A DNA stretch of 60,734 nucleotides from a virus (lineage: Duplodnaviria > Caudoviricetes), in the IMG/VR virus record IMGVR_UViG_3300047558_000101, positions 1 to 60,734 of that record. The stretch is one strand, 5' to 3'. The notes beneath the pieces are model-generated. The model worked only from the letters and a program-made list of their open reading frames with translations, had not been told where the DNA came from and made no database searches. This document shows positions 54,820-60,734 of the stretch, piece by piece. The position numbers were made by a program, and so were the translations under genes. Within the stretch, counting starts at the first letter, position 1; every line of letters starts with the position of its first letter.

Positions 54820-55065
54820 TCAGTTCCCCAACCGGGCGAGAATCTCGGGCGATTTTTCAACCGCTTCGAGAAAATCTGATAAGACTTCTGCTCGACCCTG
54901 AAGGCGATAAATTCGTGCTGGCTCTTCTGCGGACATCAACGAGACCTTGGTCTCCTCGAGTTTCGTCTTAAAGAGGGCTAGCAGTGCTTCGCTTTCTGGA
55001 AGCTTGCAGCGAGTGAGTGCTTGCATCTGCTTCCGGTCAGGCTTTGTGCCTACAAAAATCTTCAT
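54820..55065 (-). CDS. Small protein after the portal
   Basis: IYRLQGRA motif typical of the portal-adjacent gene. Confidence 0.7.
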   Translation of the reverse strand: MKIFVGTKPDRKQMQALTRCKLPESEALLALFKTKLEETKVSLMSAEEPARIYRLQGRAEVLSDFLEAVEKSPEILARLGN

Positions 55066-55112
55066 GTTCAAATTCTATATCAACTTACCCGACAGGTGTC
55101 AAGAAAATTTTC

Positions 55113-57197
55113 TTAAACACCGTTGGGGCGTGGCGACATCATGTTGCCTTCACGACCGCCCACTTGTGAGCCATCGGGAAGAATGTTTTTGGGTGCGGGG
55201 CCCTGCGTCATACCGGGCGCTGCGGGCGCTTGTAGCGTACCCATGATGCCTTGCAGTTGTCCCTGCAATTCAGAGATCATGTTCTGCTGCTGTTGGATGG
55301 TGCTGATCTGCTGGCGATCAGGCACGATGCGATCGACGTTGCCGCTCAAGTGTTTGGCTTGATCACGCAACAACTCTGCTGCGCCATCCATACCAACAAT
55401 CTGTTGCGCAACGGGGCTGTTAAGCACCACTTGCAAGAACTCATTGCGGCGGATGGCCTCGGCTTCTTTGATCACCAAGCTGTTGGCGCCCTTGGCCACG
55501 ATGTTCACATCGCCGATCAAGTCTGGGTCGTCGCTGTAGCGCAAGTTGTCTTGGTACAGACGCTCGATCGCAGGCATGATCACATTGTGGTCGATGTTGC
55601 TGATCACCTGCTTGATGCCCTTGCCAGCGTTGCTGATGAGCATGGACAAGCCAGACGATGTGCGGCCCGCGCCGGGGGTATTCTCTCCAGTCATGTAGCG
55701 AGGGATCATGGTGTCTTCATCAGCGCGTGCGCTGAATTTCTCGAACACACCCATCAACTCTTGCGCGTTGCTTTGTGGCTGGAAGAATGTGATGGGCTGC
55801 GTACTATCACTGATCTCGGACTGCGTGAACTGCCAGATTTTCCATGGGTGCATGTCAGTGATGTCTTCACCGGGTGGCAAGCGTGAAATGTTGATACCCA
55901 CCTGTGGGCCCGAGCTGATGCCCATGTTGTTGGCCAAGGCACGACCTGCGGCGTTCACCATGGCTTGAGCGTCACGGCACAAGTCGGTCACGCCCTTGCC
56001 GTCCACGGAGCCGGGGAGGTTCTCGTAGCTGGTCAAGTAGTAGGGCTTGCGACCCAGTGGGTCGTAGTTGAGCACTGCGCGAATCACAGTGTTGCCAATT
56101 AACCACACTTCACAAGGGTAGTTCAGCGCAGGGTCTGGAATTTCTTTCGAAGTGAGTCCCCACTCAATGAGCAAGCTACCTTTGACGGAGTCCCACAACT
56201 GCAAGGCGTCGATCAAGTCACCGGTGATGATCGCCTCGGTGACATACTTGCCCTCGGCTTGCGCCTTCGATGCGTCAGTCCACAACCACTCTTTCATGCC
56301 GCCGGTGTCAAACTCATTGAGCACGGTGCGGATGGCCGCGTCGTTGTAGCCGGGCACGCCGATCAACGCTTGCAAGTCTTCAGCTGTGAGGCGGTGGCGC
56401 TCGATCACATAGCCGTCGCCCAGTTCCCATGACCATGGTGCCCAGTAGAGCATGAACGGGTCAACGCGTGCCCACTCGTTGCGGATGGTCTCGGTGGGGA
56501 CGAGCTTGCCATTTTTCCACTCCAGTGTTTTGCGACGGCGCTTGATGGGCCCCTTCATCACGGCGTAGGGGAATGTGACGATGTCGTCGAGGAACTCGTT
56601 GAACGCTTTGTACCAGCCGCCCTCGGCCAACTGGTCTTCCATCTTGCGCTCCATGCGAGCCACGCGCTCGGCGGACTCCTCTTTCATTTTGTGGAACGCT
56701 TGGTCTTTCATCGCCATGGCGGTCTGGCGCAACTCTTCAGGCGTGGGCGGGATGCCACCCTGCTCGATGTGCGTCATCAACTGTTGCGACAACTCTTGCT
56801 GCAAAGCCTGAATGATCTCTGGTGGCATGTCTGGGTTAGGTGTGCCCTCGATGCTCCATGGCTTGTCAGCGCCTGAGCCCAGCAGTGTGTCACGCAACCA
56901 GCTGGTGGCCGCGCGGCACTTCACCGATGTCAGGTTGATGTAAATGTCCGAGCCGCCTTGTTCAGCGAGCTCTTGTGCTTTGTCGGGGTCGTACTCACCG
57001 TTGCGCTGGCGCAGACACTGAAGCATGCGCTCCTCGAGTTTGCGTTTGGCCGTACGAGCGCTGTCCCATCGTGTGCGCACATGAGCTGCAAGACCTTGAA
57101 TGACGGGTTTGTTCTGTAGTTCCTCACTGCGGCGTTTGTCTTGCGCCTCGAGGTCAGACGCGCGTGCGACGGGGATGAGTGCGATGCCTGTAGCCAT
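55113..57197 (-). CDS. Portal protein
   Basis: 694 aa between TerL and the scaffold, with RTSSGLSML and a Gln-rich C-terminal barrel-like segment. Confidence 0.88.
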   Translation of the reverse strand: MATGIALIPVARASDLEAQDKRRSEELQNKPVIQGLAAHVRTRWDSARTAKRKLEERMLQCLRQRNGEYDPDKAQELAEQGGSDIYINLTSVKCRAATSWLRDTLLGSGADKPWSIEGTPNPDMPPEIIQALQQELSQQLMTHIEQGGIPPTPEELRQTAMAMKDQAFHKMKEESAERVARMERKMEDQLAEGGWYKAFNEFLDDIVTFPYAVMKGPIKRRRKTLEWKNGKLVPTETIRNEWARVDPFMLYWAPWSWELGDGYVIERHRLTAEDLQALIGVPGYNDAAIRTVLNEFDTGGMKEWLWTDASKAQAEGKYVTEAIITGDLIDALQLWDSVKGSLLIEWGLTSKEIPDPALNYPCEVWLIGNTVIRAVLNYDPLGRKPYYLTSYENLPGSVDGKGVTDLCRDAQAMVNAAGRALANNMGISSGPQVGINISRLPPGEDITDMHPWKIWQFTQSEISDSTQPITFFQPQSNAQELMGVFEKFSARADEDTMIPRYMTGENTPGAGRTSSGLSMLISNAGKGIKQVISNIDHNVIMPAIERLYQDNLRYSDDPDLIGDVNIVAKGANSLVIKEAEAIRRNEFLQVVLNSPVAQQIVGMDGAAELLRDQAKHLSGNVDRIVPDRQQISTIQQQQNMISELQGQLQGIMGTLQAPAAPGMTQGPAPKNILPDGSQVGGREGNMMSPRPNGV

Positions 57198-57211
57198 GTG
57201 TTTTCCTTAAA

Positions 57212-57766
57212 TCACAACTCAGTCCACAAGGCTTTGACCAAGCCAGCTGCCGATGAGTTGTCAGTGTTCGTGACGCGGATGTAATATGTCCCTGCTGGGA
57301 ACCCGATGGCGAAGTCTTCACCGCTCGTAACGCCCGAGGACTGGTTCACATTATCACCTGTGTTGACGAGGAACAAGTCCATGGTGGTGCCACCGGTGAG
57401 CGTGCCACCCGATGTCATGGTGGTTGTGGTGTTGCGCGGCACTGCTGTAGACATGCCGTTGACTGGGAAGATTGGTATCGCTTGGTTGAACGACCCACCC
57501 TCAGTGCCACCGGCAACGATCTCGACACGGGCCTTACCGGACATGACTTTGATAGAGAACGCGTTCATCACAGTGTCGCCGGTGATCACAACCTTGACAA
57601 CTTCCGTTGCCCCCGCGTTCATCGAGAATTCATGGAACATGAAATACTGGCGGTTTTCAGACGGATCAATGCTGCCAGTTTCCACGAAGATGCGACCGTG
57701 CATGCCATGGGCTTGCTCAAAGAACCCTGATTTCGGGTTCAAATAGTTTGTGGTCATGTGACTCAT
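57212..57766 (-). CDS. Hypothetical beta-rich protein
   Basis: 184-aa ORF between TerL and the portal. Confidence 0.7.
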   Translation of the reverse strand: MSHMTTNYLNPKSGFFEQAHGMHGRIFVETGSIDPSENRQYFMFHEFSMNAGATEVVKVVITGDTVMNAFSIKVMSGKARVEIVAGGTEGGSFNQAIPIFPVNGMSTAVPRNTTTTMTSGGTLTGGTTMDLFLVNTGDNVNQSSGVTSGEDFAIGFPAGTYYIRVTNTDNSSAAGLVKALWTEL

Positions 57767-57814
57767 GGGGCACCCTTCGTAAGTTGCCGAATTGTAACCC
57801 TCATCATCCCACGG

Positions 57815-59260
57815 TCAAGTGTATGCGTAGCGTACCCGCTTAACTTCACGGCGTGTGTTCTGTAACCCGAAGCCTCTGATGTTCATGTCGATCACTGCCG
57901 AGCCGTACTGCAAAGCGTCGTGGATGTGACTGAACTCGTTCTTGTCCGGCTTGTCTTCCATCTCGCCATTTTTCTTGACTTTGTACCGGTACCCTGAGCG
58001 AAAGCCCTTGATCAGCTGCGTGCAGCGCGGGTCGATGAGGAACATGGCCTTGCCCTCGAGCTGCTGCGCCAACAGGCGCTCCACGGCGGCGATGCGTTTC
58101 TCCGGGTCGTTGGTCGGCGGCTTGACGCACTTGTACCCCGCGTTTTTCAACGCGTCCACGAGCGTCATCTCGTTCAACTGCTGCTTCATAAACCCCGCTG
58201 GGTCTGGTGCGCAAATGAACTGGTAGCCGGGGTAGGTGTTGCCGATGTGCGGGTTGAGCACTGTCTGAATAAAAGTCTCGATGCCCATGTTGACGCTGTT
58301 GAGCTCACCTAACACCAGTATGCGACCACGCGGGTCTCGCTGCATGAACACGGCGGACGGCGTGCGCCCAAAGTCAATACCGATCGTGATGGGATATTCC
58401 GAACTCTGTATGGGCTTGAGGTTGTCTTTGGCCACATGAAAGTCTTGGGTGAATGAGCGCTGGTAAACCGGCGTGCCACTGAGGGAGCGCCCCCACTTGC
58501 CGTGCACATACACGTCGATCCAGTCCTCACTCTTACCCTCGCACAAGTCCTCGTAATAGTTCGATGGCAAGTGCTGCACCCAGTCCGCCTCTTCGCTGAG
58601 ACCGCTGGGCTGTATGGTGACATGCACTTTCTCTGGGTCGGCGTTGGTGAGGTACTGCTCCCAGTGTGCGTCCATGTCGGGCGGGTTGGTCGCGCCCCAC
58701 ACTTTCTTCATCTGCCGCCCGTTGTCGTCCACGCAGCCCTGCACTGGGTTGCCCTTCTCGTCCACACCCCACTGTGGCTTGTGCGGCACCATCATGCCGT
58801 TGGGATAGCGACCCAAACGACCGGTCAGGGCGTCGAACACATCCGCATTGATCTCGCGCACCTCGTCCACCATGGCGAAAGACAGCTGTAAGGAAAGGAG
58901 GCGACGCACGTCGTTGGCGTCATCAAGCCCTCGGAACAGCACATCCACTTCGACATCATCGAACTTCAAAATATATCGAAGCTCAGTGCGTAAATACGTC
59001 CCAGCCTGCCCTTCAGGGAACAGCGCTAAGAAGTCTTTGATGGTGGAGTCCTTAAGCATTTGGGCCGTGTTTCGGACAACGGCTACCCTAGACCTGCGAA
59101 TCCCATCTTTGCAAGGGGCCATCTTTTTGGCTTCTAGTGGTATCTTCATCAACGACGCGGTTGTTTTTGTTGAGCCGACAGGGCCGACAATAAATGACTG
59201 AAACTTATCGCTCATCAAGTATGGAACGACTGACCCAGCAGGTGTGTAATTAACGCCCAT
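57815..59260 (-). CDS. terL: Terminase large subunit
   Basis: Walker A GPVGSTKT, VVRNT, MVDE, ATNPP and nuclease motifs GIDFG, DPAG, SHIHDALQY. Confidence 0.93.
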   Translation of the reverse strand: MGVNYTPAGSVVPYLMSDKFQSFIVGPVGSTKTTASLMKIPLEAKKMAPCKDGIRRSRVAVVRNTAQMLKDSTIKDFLALFPEGQAGTYLRTELRYILKFDDVEVDVLFRGLDDANDVRRLLSLQLSFAMVDEVREINADVFDALTGRLGRYPNGMMVPHKPQWGVDEKGNPVQGCVDDNGRQMKKVWGATNPPDMDAHWEQYLTNADPEKVHVTIQPSGLSEEADWVQHLPSNYYEDLCEGKSEDWIDVYVHGKWGRSLSGTPVYQRSFTQDFHVAKDNLKPIQSSEYPITIGIDFGRTPSAVFMQRDPRGRILVLGELNSVNMGIETFIQTVLNPHIGNTYPGYQFICAPDPAGFMKQQLNEMTLVDALKNAGYKCVKPPTNDPEKRIAAVERLLAQQLEGKAMFLIDPRCTQLIKGFRSGYRYKVKKNGEMEDKPDKNEFSHIHDALQYGSAVIDMNIRGFGLQNTRREVKRVRYAYT

Positions 59261-59954
59261 TTTTCCCCCTTTTCGGTGTGAGAAGCGCCTTTTCTAAACT
59301 CCAACCACGCTGCATGCGTGAGCGAACGGCGTAATAGTCAACGACCCCGAACTTTTCAGTGAGCATAGTAACGCTACCTGTGCAGCCACGAAATGTTAGG
59401 TTAGCTCCTTTGAACCCCGTGTTGTTTACTTTGCGAGAAATCGCGCTGATTTTTCCACGTTCCGCCTTTGGCGTTGATGGAGTGAGTACAGCGTCTTCAA
59501 CAGACATACCACGCACCACCATACGCCACTGTGCGCACTGCTTTGTCACAACCCCAAAGTGTTTGCATAACGTATGCAGACCACCGGTTACACCTCGCAC
59601 AGTGTATTGGTTGGCTGGTCGTCCTTTTTTAGCATTGGTTTTTGCGCTCCACTTTATACCCAAGTTAGATTTAGCTTCAACCCTCGTGTTGTACTTAGGT
59701 CGTAGCTTGTCAATGTACCTCTGCTCGGTAAAAACACACATCTCAGCAGCGCAAAACTCAAGCACCACAAACGCAAATGCGTCTTCTCCATATTTATCCC
59801 ATGCAGCTTGTAGCTTAGGCGGGCTTTTCTTGTGGTGTCGCAAAGCGTACTTGTGCGTACGCCACCGCATACCTATGTTCACTGCGCTACCAACATATTG
59901 AGCGCCAGTTTTTATGTTCGTGATGGCGTAAACGCCCGGTTGCTTTGTGTCCAT
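59250..59954 (-). CDS. GIY-YIG homing endonuclease
   Basis: GVYAITN...YVGSA...RW..H...E..YI..L.PKYN and two C-terminal RM.RG.S.E.A.LTP repeats. Confidence 0.88.
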   Translation of the reverse strand: MDTKQPGVYAITNIKTGAQYVGSAVNIGMRWRTHKYALRHHKKSPPKLQAAWDKYGEDAFAFVVLEFCAAEMCVFTEQRYIDKLRPKYNTRVEAKSNLGIKWSAKTNAKKGRPANQYTVRGVTGGLHTLCKHFGVVTKQCAQWRMVVRGMSVEDAVLTPSTPKAERGKISAISRKVNNTGFKGANLTFRGCTGSVTMLTEKFGVVDYYAVRSRMQRGWSLEKALLTPKRGKNGR

Positions 59955-59982
59955 TAGCATATTATACACTATGCTACATGAC

Positions 59983-60588
59983 TCATGTGTAGTCCTCGCC
60001 GCCGTACTCGTAATTTTCGTCCTCAAGCAAAAATAAAGGCGCTTTTTGCACTTTTTCTGCATTTGGGAGCTCGAAATCACCTGTAAGGGCCTCGAAACTG
60101 TCGTTTTCGAGCATTTTTGACGAAAAATCGTCAATTTTTGGGGTTTCAGCCTCCAAAATCAGGGTCTGTTGGGGCGTATTTGCAGTGCTTGGTATGTTGA
60201 TTGTGATCGAAAAACCGGGGCCAGTTTGTGCAATTTGGTTGGTTTTTGGCTTCAATTCTGCCCATTCGACGATGTCTGTGATGGCTTGGCGGCGTACAGC
60301 AGCTGGTGTGTCCAAATCTTTAGCCATGTGATAAAGCGTCGGCAACAAATCCTCCGCCAAGACCCGAGCTTTGGCAGAAAATGAGAACCCAGAATCCTTG
60401 AGTTCTTTCGTATACATATCCACATAGCGTTGAAACTGTGGATTTGCTGCTATGGCATCGTATTCAGTCTGCGTGAGCCCCTCTCCTGCAACAATCTCGT
60501 GAGTTGGCCGCATGGCACCCACGGAATTTCTGGCTATGGAAAGAGCAAGTTCACGCAGCAGCTGATCCGCGTTGATTGAGCTGTGCAT
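59983..60588 (-). CDS. Putative terminase small subunit
   Basis: First late gene upstream of TerL. Helical, with a GFSITINI strand and an acidic tail. Confidence 0.65.
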   Translation of the reverse strand: MHSSINADQLLRELALSIARNSVGAMRPTHEIVAGEGLTQTEYDAIAANPQFQRYVDMYTKELKDSGFSFSAKARVLAEDLLPTLYHMAKDLDTPAAVRRQAITDIVEWAELKPKTNQIAQTGPGFSITINIPSTANTPQQTLILEAETPKIDDFSSKMLENDSFEALTGDFELPNAEKVQKAPLFLLEDENYEYGGEDYT

Positions 60589-60734
60589 GTGCGGAATGTA
60601 TCACAGGTAAAAAATTTTTGGAACGCCTTTGATGAGGGGGTGGGTAAAATAAATAGCGAGTATTCTGTGGGTGTGTAGGGTATTAAAAAATTGGCCTTGT
60701 TATGAGCGTGACGGATAAAGGCTAGGGGTGTGGG

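Noticed and set aside
59955-60134. N-terminal extensions of the GIY-YIG ORF and of HNH 8408..9118 given by the ORF track
   Set aside because: They overlap upstream genes or promoters. The domains begin at 59954 and 8639, right after -10 boxes.
1-60734. tRNA genes, integrase, CI repressor, phage RNA polymerase, stop-codon recoding
   Set aside because: None was recognisable by eye. Genes tile densely under the standard code, and TAA, TGA and TAG are all used as stops. A tRNAscan or HMM run is still needed to exclude divergent cases.

Overview
The window looks like an essentially complete ~60.7 kb genome of a tailed dsDNA phage with podovirus-like organisation. The host is Gram-negative, judged from the Rz/Rz1 spanin pair and sigma70-type promoters. 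The left arm (+ strand, 1-28 kb) holds many small early genes, a MoxR-type AAA ATPase plus vWA/metallopeptidase module, and a replication cluster: family A DNA polymerase, PD-(D/E)XK nuclease, VRR-NUC, SNF2-like helicase, SSB-like protein and primase-helicase. The right arm (- strand) holds the terminases, portal, scaffold, major capsid protein, tail and fibre genes, an expanded lysis cassette, large internal virion proteins and a cluster of tiny basic proteins. Four free-standing HNH genes and one GIY-YIG gene are scattered through it. I recognised no integrase, repressor, RNA polymerase, tRNA or CRISPR array. The most striking unexplained structure is a 16-bp near-palindrome, TAATCC-CAYG-GRATTA. 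I count 13 copies by eye, all in the first 18 kb and densest at the left end. They lie in leaders, at gene junctions (supplying stop and start codons) and inside coding sequences, including a mobile HNH gene and the DNA polymerase. This points to a dedicated DNA-site/protein system acting on one genome arm. All product calls come from motif recognition by eye, not database searches.
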